Below, in pieces: positions 1 through 13,360 of a stretch of DNA of 64,000 nt. The notes below the pieces were generated by a model. That model saw only the letters and a program-made list of their open reading frames with translations, was not told the DNA's origin and ran no database searches. Where the stretch lies: assembly GCF_004010195.1 (NCBI RefSeq), contig NC_057719.1, positions 92,707,465 through 92,771,464 of the forward strand. Reading direction: 5' to 3'. Within the stretch, counting starts at the first letter, position 1, and each line of letters starts with the position of its first letter. A program made the translations under genes and the position numbers. The stretch is from Chiloscyllium plagiosum. Taxonomy: Eukaryota.

Positions 1-3000
1 TGGGACATGTAAAGCCACAATGCTGGTTGTTAAAGAAAGGCACTGTGCAAAAAGATGTGGTAATGAAAGCTAAGCCAATGACAATATTGAAAGTAGTAAC
101 AGAAACCCCAAGAAGAGTTGAGAAGCTGCAGGAGAGTGCACCGCATAGGCAGAGGCTGGGTATGGAGTTAGTGTCTGATCTCGATAAAGAATTCACCTCT
201 GTTGGCAAAGTTTACTCAGAAAGTACAGCGAGAGAAGGACAGGAGTTTGTAATTTTGAGAGATATAGGATCTAACCAGTCTCTAGTAGTAAGAGAAGAGC
301 GAATTTGCACTCTTTCTGATCTGTTACCCGAGAGTGTGGTAACGTTTTGGATAGATGGACAGAAATTTAGCGTTCCCCGTATAAGATTACATGGGAGTTC
401 CAACAAAGACTGGGGAAGTAAGAGTGGAGTGATTGACGGAGTATCAGTTCCAGGAATCCAGTTTGTTCTTGGGAATGATTTAGCAGGGTTCAAGTTGACA
501 CCCCTTGTTGTGGAGAAGCCAAGGAAGATCAAGAAACTGAGGAGTTTAAAAAAACACCCTGGAATTTACCCAGACTATGCAGATGTTACTATCATAAGTC
601 ACAGCAGGAAGCAAAAACTAAAGGGAAAGGTTTCGGTGTTGAGGTTGAGTTAACAGAATTTGTTGTAATGGCCCATGAAAAACCTGAACAGGCAGAGGGT
701 GCGCATCATCCTGAATCCCAGATAGCTTCAGAAATGCAACATTAAACCTTGACGACCATGTTGACAGCATACTGTCTGGATTGCCTGAATGATTGGGATA
801 AGCGTATCCCATTCGTATTGTTTGCCAGTAAAGATGACCCAAACGAATCTACTCCATTGACTCGCTTTGAGTTAATATTTGGGCATGAGGTGACAGGTCC
901 TTTGAAATTAATTAAAGAGAAATTGACAAGACAAAAGTTGGAGATTTCACACTTGGATTATATATTGGAGGTGAGGTAGAGATTTATTCGAGTAGTTGAG
1001 TTAGTTGAACAGTACCTAAAGAGAACACATCATAGAATGAATCAGATGGCAGATATAAAAAAAAAACTTTGAGACTTACACATTTTCCAGAGGGGTGGAC
1101 GTGTTACCATTTTTACCAATGATAGGAGATCCCTTCAACACCAAATTTAGTGGTCCCTATCAAATTGAGAAACCGTTTAATCAGGCGAAATATCTGGGAA
1201 AGATGCCAGTCAGAAAAAGAAACTGTATCGGGTATGTCATGTGAACATGTAGAAACTGTATTATACTTGGGAGAATGAACTGAAGTGACAAGTGTTAGTT
1301 ATGGCCCCGCAGAGTGAGTCATCAAATGCAGATGTTGTAGATTTTGGTTTGCCTCAAAATTTGTTAAAAAATGAAATATCCCTGGAGAAGTGGGATAGGT
1401 TGCTAAACTCTCTCAGGAGCAAAGTATACAATTGAAATGCTTGTGACTGCAGTATGAGGACATATATAGGAATCATATTGGCAAGTATAATGCTATTGTA
1501 CATGAAGTAGACATAGGCAATACTGTTCCGATAAAGCAACAGCCCTATTGTGTTAATCCTCTCAAAGCCAAACAGGTCCAGATGGAGGTGGAGGCCATGC
1601 TCAATGAGGGTATCATCGAACCAAGCCAGAGTGAGGGGAGTTCGCCGATTGTCTTAGTCCCAATACTGATGGGACTCAGCTAGTTAGTGTGGATTATTGG
1701 AAGGTCATTGCCGTTACAAATTTGGACTCATATCCAATACTGCGATTGCAGGACAGCATCGAGAAAGTTGGACAAGCCAGTTACATCACCAAGTTGGATT
1801 TACTGTGTAGTTACTCAAAGTTTGTGAGAAGATTTGTAGCTCGGGTGCTCGTTGTTGTCGTTCTGTTCGCCGAGCTGGGAATTTGTGTTGCAGACGTTTC
1901 GTCCCCTGTCTAGGTGACATCCTCAGTGATTGGGAGCCTCCTGTGAAGCCCTTCTATGATGTTTCCTCTGGCATTTATAGTGATTTGTATCTGCTGCTTT
2001 TGTTGTCAGTTCCCGCTGTCCACTGCAGTGGCCGGTATATTGGGTCCAGGTCGATGTGCTTATTGATTGAATCTGTGAATGAATGCCATGCCTCTAGGAA
2101 TTCCCTGGCTGTTCTCTGTTTGGCTTGTCCTATAATAGTAGCGTTGTCCCAGTCAAATTCATGTTGCTTGTCATCTAAGTGTGTGGCTACTAAGGATAGC
2201 TGGTCGTGTCGTTTCGTGGCTAGTTGGAGTTCATGGATGCGGACCGTCAGCTGTCTTCCTGTTTGTCCTATGTAGTGTTTTGTGCAGTCCTTGCATGGGA
2301 TTTTCTACACTACATTGGTTTTGTTCATGTTGGGTATCGGGTCCTTCGTCCTGGTGAGTTGTTGTCTGAGAGTAGCTGTTGGTTTGTGTGCTGTTATGAG
2401 TCCTAGTGGTCGCAGTAGTCTGGCTGTCAGTTCGGAAATGCTCTTGATGTATGGTAGTGTGGCTAGTCCTTTGGGTTGCGGCATGTCCTCGTTCCATTGT
2501 CTTTCTCTTAGGCAAACTCTGAGTCAGATATGTGGAAGACACCTTTAAAAACATTAAAAACAAAGAAATAGAGAACCCACACCGGATCATCAACGCCACA
2601 TTGACAGGAATCCGATTCACTAGGGAGGAAGAAAAGGACAACCAACTCCCATTCCTAGACGTGATGGTACAGATAACACCTAACGGAGAATTCACCACAA
2701 AGGTATTCAGGAAAGCCACACATACAGACCAAGTCCTGAACTACGAAAGCAACCACCCCAACACACACAAAAGAAGTTGCATCAAGACATTATTCAGAAG
2801 GGCCACAACACACTGCAGTACACCAGAACTGCAAAAAGAGGAAGAACACCTATACAATGTATTCGCCAAAAACGGATACCCACGCAATTTCATCAACAGA
2901 TGCCTAAGAGAAAGACAATGGAATGAGGACATGCCGCAACCCAAAGGACTAGCCACACTACCATACATCAAGAGCATTTCCAAACTGACAGCCAGACTAC

Positions 3001-4691
3001 TGCGACCACTAGGACTCATAACAGCACACAAACCAACAGCCACTCTCAGACAACAACTCACCAGGATGAAGGATCCGATACCCAGCATGAGCTGGGTACA
3101 AAATCCCATGCAAGGACTGCACAAAACACTACATAGGACAAACAGGAAGGCAGCTAATGATCCGCATCCAGGAACTCCAACTAGCCACGAAACGACACGA
3201 CCAGCTATCCTTAGTAGCCACACACTCAGATGACAAGCAACATGAATTTGACTGGGACAACACTACTATTATAGAACAAGCCAAACAGAGAACAGCCAGG
3301 GAATTCCTAGAGGCATGGCATTCATCCACAGATTCAATCAATAAGCACATCGACCTGGACCCAATATAACGGCCACTGCAGCGGACAGCTGGAACTGATA
3401 ACCGGAAGCGGCAGATACAAATCACTATAAATGCCGGAGGAAACATCACAGAAGCGCTTTACAGGAGGCTCCCAATCACTGAGAATGTCACCTAGACAGG
3501 GGACGAAATGTCTGCAACACAAATGTGTCGTTACTGGCAGTTACCTTTATCAGACATGACGAAATAAATTTCTGCATTTGTAACCCCAAATGGGCAATAT
3601 CGATTCAAAGTGATGCCCTTTGGAATAAAGAATGCACATTCTGATAATTGCACATTTCAAAGACTCATAAGCAGTGCTGTGATTGGGTTAACAAACAGTG
3701 TAGTCTATTTGAACGATAGTTGGTGAGTCCTGGAAATCTTTATTAAACCTGGGAAGACCACGTGGTACAGTTGTCAGAGCTCTTTGAAAGAATACAAGAA
3801 GCAAAACTGGTAATAAACTTAGGCAAAACTGAATTTGTGAATGCAGAGGTGACGTTCTTGGGGCATAACATCAGTCATGGAAAGGCGACCCCATGGAATG
3901 CAAAACGAACATCATCAAGGAATTTCTATGACCAAATTCGAACAAAAAAAGCATGCCTTGATTCTTGCCAATAAATGGATTCTAATGGAAGTTTGTTCCG
4001 ATCTTCAGCGGTGTAGTGTCACCATTAGTCGATTTGCTGAAGAAGAACACAAATTTTCAGTGGACAGAACAATGCTATGAGGCATTCGACAAATTGAAAT
4101 CAATATTAACTTCCAGTTTTACATACGCAAAACTTTTCGGAACCTTTCAAAGTTGCCATCGATGTTACTGACATAAAAGTTGGAATTGTAATGCAACAGG
4201 AAGTGATAATAGGATTAAAATGCCAGTTGTTTACTTTTCAAAGAATCTCAACATCGATCTGAGGAAATACTGAACAATAATAAAAAAAGGACTATTGAGT
4301 TTGGTACTGGCGTTACAACATTTTAATGTGTACCTCATGAACAATGTGTCAGAGATGGTTGTGTACATGGATCATAATCTTTTGCATTCTTGGAATGCTT
4401 AAAGACAAGAATATGAAACCATTCCATTGGAGTCTTATTCCATTGGAGTTACAGACGTTTAATTTCCAATTCATACACTTTGCTGGTCATATGAATGCAA
4501 TTGCAGATGAATTATCACGGAATTAACCGATAAAGTATAGATGAGATTGGTACCTATCCTGTATATACATTATACATATATATAATGTGAGATGAAGTTA
4601 ATATGAACTTAGATGAAGACAAATGCATGTCAGAAGAAGAAGAAGCTGCATTTTCATTGTGACAGTTCATTTTCTTTTCTAAAGGGGGAGG
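1..4691 (+). mobile_element. Degenerate Gypsy/Ty3 (Gmr1-like) LTR retrotransposon internal region: protease-region, integrase C-part, RT, RNase H; interrupted by a PLE
   Basis: ORF 27-653 has 'ILRDIGSNQSL' and 'FVLGNDLAG' (protease-like). ORF 749-979 'DWDKRIPFVLFA..PNEST..FELIFGHEV.GPLKL' is integrase. RT remnants at 1540-1810 ('DSYPILRLQDSIEKVGQASYITKLDL') and 3525-3960 ('KTEFVNAEVTFLGH'). RNase H at about 4100-4526 ('NAIADELSR'). Polypurine tract aaagggggagg at 4681-4691. Confidence 0.9.
1816..3523. mobile_element. Penelope-like element, fold-back pair (minus arm 1816-2514, plus arm 2515-3523) with RT C-terminus and GIY-YIG endonuclease
   Basis: ORF 2532-3233 'QLPFLDVMV..FTTKVFRKATHTDQVLNYESNHP..KRSCIKTLFRRA' is typical PLE RT. 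Downstream YIGQTGR and 'REFLEAWH' are GIY-YIG. Flanked by tgtgtagttact (1804-1815) and tgtgtcgttact (3524-3535). Confidence 0.92.
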
Positions 4692-5768
4692 TATTATGAT
4701 AATGTAGGTGTGAATTGTTCCTTCGAGAGAGAGAGAGAGAGAGCAAGCTAGCAAGGACTGACCAAAAGCACAGAGAGTGCTCAACAAGTTAAAACTTGGT
4801 TTATACAAACAGCTGGAGTTACCAGTGAAAAAAAAAGGAAATACAAATTCGGCCAATCAATATTTAAGTTTAAAATTTAACATTTAATTTATGCAATAGA
4901 TACAAAAATCCAATCGAATTTGAATTTAGTGTTTTGATGACAGCCAACCAATTAAATAATCCGATGTTTTAGGTTATAAAAGCGGACACCTTGAACAGTT
5001 AGGGGGAGAACTGCCAAGCAACTACCAACTATAGCATGCTCGCCAAATAGCTATCGAAAAGGTACCTGTCGATATGAAAATTTGCACAGCAGAAGATCGA
5101 AGAGAGATGACCAAGTAAAACCCAAAGGAGAATCTGGAGAGGAAAATCTCTAGAGTAAAATCGACAAAGCTGACTAGTTTTGAAGCTTGATTTAAAAAAA
5201 TTCTGAGTTGTGTTTTTTTTCGCACCAGTTTTGTAGAGTGTGGGCGGCACGGTGGCACAGTGGTTAGCACTGCTGCCTCACAGCGCCAGAGACCCGGGTT
5301 CAATTCCCGACTCAGGCGACTGACTGTGTGGAGTTTGCACATTCTCCCCGTGTCTGCGTGGGTTTCCTCCAGGTGCTCCGGTTTCCTCCCACAGTCACAA
5401 AGATGTGCGGGTTAGGTGAATTGGCCATGCTAAATTGCCTGTAGTGTTAGGTTAATGAGGTAAATGTAGGGGTATGGGTGGGTTGCGCTTCGGCGGGTCG
5501 GTGTGGACTTGTTGGGCCAAAAGGGCCTGTTTCCACACTGTAAGTAATCTAAAAAAAAAATTAAAAGATAGGCTTAAGGGAAAGGTGTTGTAAATAATGG
5601 TTTTAATGTTCTCTGTTTGATGTAAAAATGAAATTGTCAAATTTCAATTTAGATAGTGAAATCTGGGATAGTGCTTTGCTTCTCAAAATTTAACAGATTA
5701 TGTTGCGAGATGAGATTCTCTGTGTGTCAGATTTTAATGAGCAGAGAGTATTACCCCGTATCATAACA
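4692..5768 (+). mobile_element. 3' LTR of the Gypsy element (contains an HE1 SINE)
   Basis: Starts right after the PPT with tattatga and ends tcataaca (terminal inverted repeat with 1 mismatch). TATA-like ttataaaa near 4974. Confidence 0.8.
5242..5550 (+). mobile_element. HE1 SINE (tRNA-derived, shark)
   Basis: gggcggcacggtggcacagtggttagcactgctgcctcacagcgccagagacccgggttcaattccc head with A/B boxes, central gtgtggagtttgcacattctcccc core, tail gggcctgtttccacactgtaagtaatct. Confidence 0.95.
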
Positions 5769-6700
5769 CCGTGTTCAAAGATGCTGCAAAGTTATCTGTT
5801 AAGGCCCCAGCCATTTCCTCTATCACTTTCCTCAGTAACCTGGGATAGATCCCATCTGGACCTGGGGACTTGTCCACCTTAATGCCTTTTAGACTTCCTA
5901 GCACTCTATTTCTCCTTATATCGACTTGACCTACAGTAATCAAACATCTATCCCTTACCTCAACGTCCGTCATGTCCCTCTCCTCGGTGAATGCTGATGC
6001 AGAGTACTTGTTAAGAATCTTATCAATTTTCTCTGACTCCATGTACAAATTTCCTCCTTTGTTCTTGAGTGGGCCAAGCATTGCTCGAGTTACCGTCTTG
6101 CTCCTCATATATCAATAAAAATGCTTTGGGATTTTCCTTAACCCTGTTTGCTAAAAATATCTCATGACCTTTTTAAGCCCTCTTATTTCTTCGTTTGAGA
6201 TTGGTCCTACATGCCGATATATTTCCAAAGTTTCGTCTGTCTTCCGTCATCTGGACCTTATATACCTTCCCTTTTCCTCTCAGCTAGTCTTACAACTTCA
6301 CCCGTCATTCATGGTTCCCTAATCTTGTCATTTCCATCCCTCATTTTCACAGAAACATATCTCTCCTTCACTCTAATCAAACTTACTTTAAAAAAACCCG
6401 TCACATATCAAATGAGGACATACCTTCACATTGTTACTCCTAATCTATATTCCACAGCTGCTGCCCAACTTTGGTATAGTTGGCCCTCCCCCAGTTTAGC
6501 ACTCTTCCTTTAGGACCACTCTCAACTTTGTCCATGAGTATTCTAAAGCTTTAGGAATTGTGATCATTATTCCCAAAGTAATCCCCAACTGAAACTTGAA
6601 CCACATGACCGGGCCCATTCCTCAATACCAGGTCCAGTCTGGCCACTTCCCGAGTTGGACTATTTACATACTGCTAAAGGAAACCATCCTGGATGCTTCT
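5769..6700 (-). mobile_element. CR1 (HER1-type) LINE ORF2 fragment
   Basis: ORF 5761-6108 '[18 protein letters not shown]'. Confidence 0.9.
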
Positions 6701-6805
6701 GTGTGTCAAATAGATCCCAGGTTTTGTGCTCCTAGAGATTTCTCCACGTATTGTGTCTGTATACCTGACTGGACACTGACATATTCGCCTGATGAATATT
6801 TACAA

Positions 6806-8870
6806 TATAGAACATAGAACAGTACAACACAGTACAGGCTCTTTGGCCCTCAAAATGGTGTCAATGTTTTATTCTACTCTAAGATCTGAGTAACGTACAT
6901 ATCGTTTATTGTACTATCATCCATGTGCGCATCCAAGAGCTGCTTAAATATCCCTAATATATCTGACTTTATGGGCCCACCACACTCTGTGTTAATATCC
7001 TATCTCTGAAATCTCCTCTAAACGTTCCTCCAATTACCTTGAAATTAGCCCCTCTCCCCCTACGTGATAGACATTTCTGCCATGGGCAAAGTCTCCAGCA
7101 CTTCACTCTATCTATGTCTCTCATCATCTTGTATACCTCTATCAAATCACCTCACATCCTTCGCCACTCGAATCAGAAAGACCGTAGCTTCCCCAACATT
7201 TTCTTCATAAGACTTGCACTCCGTCCAGTCCCTCTCCATCCTCTCTAAATCTTCCACATTTTTCCTGTATTGAGATGACCAGAACTTAACACAATATTCA
7301 AAGTGTGGTCAAACTAGGGCTCTATAGATTTACAGCATTACATCACAGCTCTTAAACTCAATCCTCCTGCTAATGAAAGCCAACACACCATAGACTTTCT
7401 TAACAACTTGAAAATCTTCAGTGGCAACTTTGAGGGATCTATGGATGGTGGACTCCAAATCCATCTGTATGTCCACACTGCCAAGAATACTGCCTTTAAC
7501 CTAATGCTCTGCATTCAAATTTGACATTCCAAAGTTAATCTCTTCGCACTTTTCCAAGTTGATCTTATCTGTCACTTATCAGCCCAGTACTGCATCCAGT
7601 CATTGCCCTGTTGCAACTTACAACAGTCCTCCACAATATTCACAACTCCACCAATCTTCATGTCTTCGGCACAGTTAATAACCCACCCTTCCACTTCCTC
7701 ATCCAAGTTATTTATAAACATCAAAAAGAGCAGAGTTCGCATGCCCAATCCCAGCAGAACACCACTGGTTACCAAGCTCCAGGCTGAGTATATTTCATCT
7801 ATCACCACCCTTTGTCTTCTATGGGCCAGTCAATTCTGTATCCATAAAGCCATATTTCTCAGTATCTCATGCCTCCTTACTTTCTGAATGAGAGTACCAT
7901 GAGTAACCATATCAAATGCCTTGTTACAATCCATGTACACCACATTCATTGATGTACCTTCGTCAAAGTGTTTTCTCACATCCTCAAATAATTCAATAAG
8001 GTGTGTGAGGCATGACCTGCCCCTCACAAAGCCATACTATCCCTGATCAAATTATAGTTTTACAGGTAATCATAGATCTTGTCTCTCAGAATTTTCTCTA
8101 ATACTTTGTGCAGCACTGATGTATGACTGACTCTACCATAATTTTCAGGACTATCCCTGTTCCCTTTTGTGAAGGGAACATTTGCCACTCTCCAATCATT
8201 TGGCACTGCACCATGGGAAAATGCGGACACAAAGTTCATCTCCAAAAGTGCAGCAATCTTTTCCCCCCGCTTCTTGTAGTAATTTCGGATATATTCCGTC
8301 TGGCCCAGGGCACTTATCTACCCTTACGTTTTCAAAATTTTAATCGCACCCTCCTTCCTAACATCAACCTAAAGTCTGCTCCTCCATGTCTCTGTTGCTA
8401 TGAGAGAGTCTGTAAAAAAACTCCCAATAAAGTGACTGCTCCCTTCCTGTTTCTGACTTCCACCCATATTGAATCTGTAGGAAAACTCTCTTCAACAACC
8501 TCCCTTTCTGAAGCTGTGATTCTATCCATGATTAGCAATGCCACTCCCCCAACTTTCTTACCGCCCGCCCCCTCCCCCGCTATTCCTTTTGAAACATCTA
8601 AACCTCAGAACATTCAACAATTATTCCCACCGTTTTAATATTCAAATCTCCATAATAGCCACAACATCATATTTCCAAGTAGTGATACATTTTCTGAGTT
8701 CGCACCCTTATCCTGATACTTCTTGCATTAAAATAGACACACTTCAATCAATCACACTGACTGCACATTTGCCCTATCAATTGCCGATCTCTCCTCACAG
8801 ACTCTTTTTCATGCTGTGGCTGGCTGTTCAGTACTGACTCCATCATCTGATTTGCACCTCTGCCTCAAAT
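6806..8870 (-). mobile_element. CR1 LINE 3' portion (RT + tail) plus an endonuclease-region fragment
   Basis: Tail (tagaaca)n at about 6807-6825. RT motifs 'GRSCLTHLIELFEDV..VVYMD..KAFD' and 'DWRVANV'. Degenerate. Confidence 0.88.
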
Positions 8871-8919
8871 TCCTAAACACAGGTTTACTTGGGCATCTTA
8901 GGTGGCACTTTATAAGTTA

Positions 8920-10745
8920 GTCGAGAATGCAGTGCTGCAAAGGCACAGCAAGTCAGGCAGCAACCAAGGAGCAGGAGAATCAGCATTTCGGGCATAAGCC
9001 CTTCATCAGGAATGAGGCTTGTGGCACGGGGGTCTGAGAGATAGAAGATAAGGGTAGGGCTGGGGGCAGGTAGCTGCAATTGTGATAGGTGGGTGAAGTT
9101 CGGGGTGAAAGTGATAGGTCGGAGAGACATGTGGAGTTGATTGGTGGAAGGAAGATGGACAGGTCGGACCAGTTAAATGGGCGTTGATGTGTTTGAGGCT
9201 TAGGACTGGGATAAGGTGGGGGCAGGGGAAATGATGAAACTGGTGAAATTCACATTGCTACACGTGTGCTTGGAGTGTTCTAAGGTGAAAATGAAGCGTT
9301 CTTCCTTCAGGTATTGGGTTTGCTGATGCAGGAGGCCCAGTGCCTGCATACCATTGGTGAAATGGAAGGGGGAGTTAAAGTGTTCAGACACAGGGCGATG
9401 GGGTTGATTGGTTCCGGTGTCCCAGAGATGTTGTTTGAAATGAGCTACAAGTTGTCATGCTGTCTCCCCAATAGAGAGGAGACCGCATCAGGTGCAACAC
9501 ATACAGTAAATGACATGTGTAGAAGTACAGGTAAATTTCTGTTTGACAAGGATAGATCTTTTTGGGCCTTGGTTGGAGGTGAGGGGGAAAATGTGGGCGC
9601 AGGCTTTTCACCTCTTGCAGTGGGATACTGGGAGCGTGTGGCCAATTAGTGGGCGGCATGGATCTGACAAAGGTGTTGCATAGGGAATGATCTATTTGGA
9701 ATGACGATAGGTGTGACGAGGGAAATATATGCCTAGTGGTGGGGTCTATTTGTAGGTGGCAGAAGTGGCAGAGGATGATGTGATGTATCCGGAGGTTGGT
9801 GGCATGGATGTTGTGGACTGGGGTTCTTCTGTCCTTATTGTATTTGGAGGGGTGGGGCTCAAGGGCAGAGGTGTGGGAAATGGCGGAGATGCGCTGCAGG
9901 GCATCATTGGCCGTGTAGAAGGCAAAATTGTGGTCTTTGAAGAAGGAGGACATCTGGGGAATTCTGTGGTGGAAGTGGTCCTCTTAGGAGCAGATGTGGC
10001 AGAGATGGAATAATTGGGAATAAGGCATAGCTTTTTTACAGGAGGAAGAGTGGGAGGAGATGCAATCCAGAGAGATGAGTATTGGTGGGTTTGTAGTAGA
10101 TGTTCGTGTTTAGTTGGTTGCTAGTAATTGAGATGGAGAGGTCCAGTAAGGGTTGGGAGGTATCCAAGAAGGCGAATTTGTGCTCGAGGTGGAAGGTGTA
10201 GGTGATGTTGATGAACTGTTCAACCTCCTCCTGGGAGCCTGAGCTAGCACCAATACAGTCATCGGTGTAGTGGAGGAGAAATTGGGAATTGTGCTGGTAT
10301 AACTGTGGAAGATAGACTTTTCCACGTATCTGACAAATAGGCAGGCATGGCTAGGGCCCTTTATTTTGGAGGAAGGAGAAGTTGTTAAGGATGAAGACCT
10401 ATTCAGGCAAGCGGATGAGAGTGTCAGTGGAATGGTACTGGGTTAGTAAGTGTAAGAGGACGTAACAGAGGGCTTGCAGGTCTTTGTCATCGCGGATCAA
10501 TGTGTACCGGGACTGCATGTTCATGGTGAAGATAAGGCATTAGGTACTGGGGAAGTGAACGCTGTAGACGTGGTGAAGGGCGTAGGTGAAGGGATTTGAT
10601 GGTGTCAAGATATGGATGGTTGAGTTTGATGGGGCAGGAGCAGGTTGAGACAATGGATCAGGCTTGGATGAGGGGGGTGGACAAGTTGAGGCAGCATACG
10701 TCACAACAGCAGTTCAAAATGAAGAGATCAAGGGCAGGTAACAGA
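8920..10745 (-). mobile_element. Penelope-like element (second family), degenerate RT/GIY-YIG with terminal pLTR
   Basis: Minus ORFs 9384-9953 and 9200-9391 ('SEHFNSPFH..MQALGLLH..EERFIF.L') are PLE-like. Terminal repeat with ctgatgaagggcttatgcccgaaa at about 8985-9009. Confidence 0.85.
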
Positions 10746-11088
10746 CTATTTTCTGTTTACCCACAGACTCAGATAATATTCTCTGGGCTTGTGTTTGAAT
10801 CCTGCCACGGCCGAAGATAGAATTTATGCATTATAAACATTGGGAGTACTTTTACATTGACATGGGATGCATTTACATTAGTGGGTCGTATGGCAGCACA
10901 ACATTGACTGAAAAGGCTAGCTGAAACACAACCCAACAGAATAAGTGAAAAGTATTTGGCTGGGAAAGGAGTGGGGAGTGTTAACTTGGGAAAATGTACT
11001 ATAACTGATTGGCATTGAAGAACGAATTAAGCAAACTCAAAGGTAATGTATATTCATTCAACACTCGTTAACCATTTCAGAGAGCATT

Positions 11089-11094
11089 TTTATT
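11089..11094 (-). terminator. Candidate membrane-form polyadenylation signal
   Basis: AATAAA on the minus strand about 400 nt past the TM2 stop. Confidence 0.45.
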
Positions 11095-11495
11095 GAAAAG
11101 TTTTTGTTAAGGTTAACAGAAGTGAATATAATGACTGGATGCACTTTGAGGTGAGAACACATGCACTCTGAGTTGTGAATGTTATGTACATCTGTAACAA
11201 TCATCAGACAGATAAATCAATAACTCAACATAAAGGACAGGCAAACCTTCTGAATAAGGAACAAATAAAAACAAAACAAATGGGCCTTAAACAAATAGGA
11301 AGCTACAAATTATCCCAACCATAATCATTTCAACGATATCAAAGTAAGCAGGAAAAGCCATCGATAATGTTCTCAGTTGCACAGTGATAACTGGAGTGAC
11401 CTCCCTGTTAGTGTCAGCAACTGATCATACTGCAGGTATGCAATTCAGAGGCCTCGACAAACAGACGAAGAAAGTCTATGGGGTCCACTACTCAT

Positions 11496-11504
11496 TCATT
11501 TAAC
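11496..11504 (-). pseudogene. IGHM: IgM TM2 exon (VK-stop)
   Basis: tatttctcagttccaa GTT AAA TGA lies about 135 nt after TM1; the acceptor AG appears mutated to AA. Confidence 0.65.
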
Positions 11505-11639
11505 TTGGAACTGAGAAATAATGACGCAGACGTGTATGATCAGGGGCATTCAGGTTTTAAGTTTTATTAAAATAAACACTTAGAGATTTCAGAAAACATA
11601 TTCGTCTGCTCGATGTATGAAAGTTTTGATTATTCTCAG

Positions 11640-11715
11640 ATTCACTAGAGTGATGGCGGCGCTGTAGACATTGTCCAGGTGTTGCCATTTTCATCCACAT
11701 AGTCTTCAATTGAAT
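11640..11715 (-). pseudogene. IGHM: IgM TM1 exon with internal deletion
   Basis: Acceptor ttcatgttcatag| then (D)SIEDYVDENGNTWT, followed out of frame by VYSAAITLVN. The hydrophobic core (about TASTFIVLFLLS) is missing. The donor reads AAT|CTGAGA instead of AAG|GTGAGA. Confidence 0.85.
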
Positions 11716-12479
11716 CTATGAACATGAAGCCGAGATAATGTATTTAGATTGCTTGTAAATCGAGTCCGATCTGCCTGTGTCTAAATAATGCAATCAGAGA
11801 CCATTACATCATCTTTATGCAGTCAGGTGTTTCTCAAATATGTCTCCCTATCTGTATCCGTTAGTGCAGTATTGCCTCTCAGAAGAACTTGCTAATGCTA
11901 CTTGCACATGCTCTTTCTTTATTATCCATCTCAGAACATTTTGAATTATTTCGTCTTTTAATCTATTATTGGAGAATATTATCATTGTTTATCATTTGAT
12001 GAATACTTATTGGGAACTATTATTTTAATGATATATCATTTGAAATAATGGTTGTGACAACTGTTTAATTGAAAAGTGTGGTCATCACTGGGTAGGAGTT
12101 GAAATGTTATTCTCGTCTTCTTAATTTATTGGTGACCAATTGCTCGCAAATCATGAACACAAATTTCAGCCACAATAAGAACATTGCTGCGCATTTTTGT
12201 TTGTCGGGTCTGTATACGTTCGGAATAAGCTTTTCTGTCCCTTAATTTATTTGATCTACCAATGATGTGCGTGGTTTTCTTTTAATGTTTGTGTATGTGG
12301 TTATGAGTGCCTCTCACATCGCACTTGCCCATGTTGGAGTTTGTGCATGACTAAACATATTAATGTTCCTTTAGTATTGGTGTGATCATTCACATGTCGA
12401 GGGTGTGGTGCTAGGAAAACACATCAGGTCAGGCAGCATCCGAGGGGCACTATTCATTCCCGTGTTCATGTGTGTAAAT

Positions 12480-13360
12480 TGTAATAATTTCACAATGTGC
12501 AAGCATCATCTTGTTAATATGCAACTTCGTTGATGACTGTGTTTATCTTTTAATGTCTTTGAGTTTATGTGTCTATTTCAGAATCTACCAACGTTGGGGT
12601 ATTTTCATATATATGCTCCATGAATGTTAATATGCAACTTCATGTTTTGATGGATGTTTATATTTATGTGATGATGTCGGTTGATTGGTAATCTATCCTA
12701 AAGCATCTCCTGATATGCTTGTTTGTGTTATTGGGTGTGGATGTCAGCTGACGCTTGTGTCATTCTCCTTGTTTTATAAATGCCTCATTATTTGTTGATC
12801 TATGCACTTACGTGGCTGTGGATGAGACTCTGAAATTGTGTGTATGTGTGACGGCATATATGTGCTGATCACTGCGGTTTAAAAATGAATAGTTAAGGTT
12901 CCTCTGCAATCATGTATTTGTCATTGTGAAAATGGGAAAATAATGATATTAACGTTTACCTCTGTGTTCATATGTGCCAATGAATCTGCATGTGCGAGGA
13001 CATTGTTCGAATGTTGTATCAGTCTGTTTATGCATGTGTGCTTGTATGCATTACATAGTATTAATGCACTTGTATTCGTGTCTATTTTTGTGTTAACGTG
13101 GATCTATGTTTTTCATGGTTATGTGTGGGTATTTCTATCCTTTTGTGCATGTGCTTTTATTTCTGTGTGCGTTTTTGAGTGTGCTTAGACGACCGTTCAA
13201 GTATCATTTGCATGTATGGCTCTGTGCGTGGATGCGTGTGTGATGGCTTATGCACATTTATGTATGCGCACAAATATGTATCTTCAGGAGAGAGCCTGTG
13301 TATGTTTCTTTCTGTGTGCATTTGTAAGCATCTCCCTGTATCTACGTGTTTGTGCTCTTA
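12480..13360. repeat. Degenerate TG/TATG-rich low-complexity tract in the Sec-TM intron
   Basis: Abundant tgtg/tatg/tgca words with no stable period. Confidence 0.6.

Noticed and set aside
5242..5312. tRNA-like heads of HE1 copies
   Set aside because: These are SINE promoters, not tRNA genes; excluded from the tRNA-relic count.
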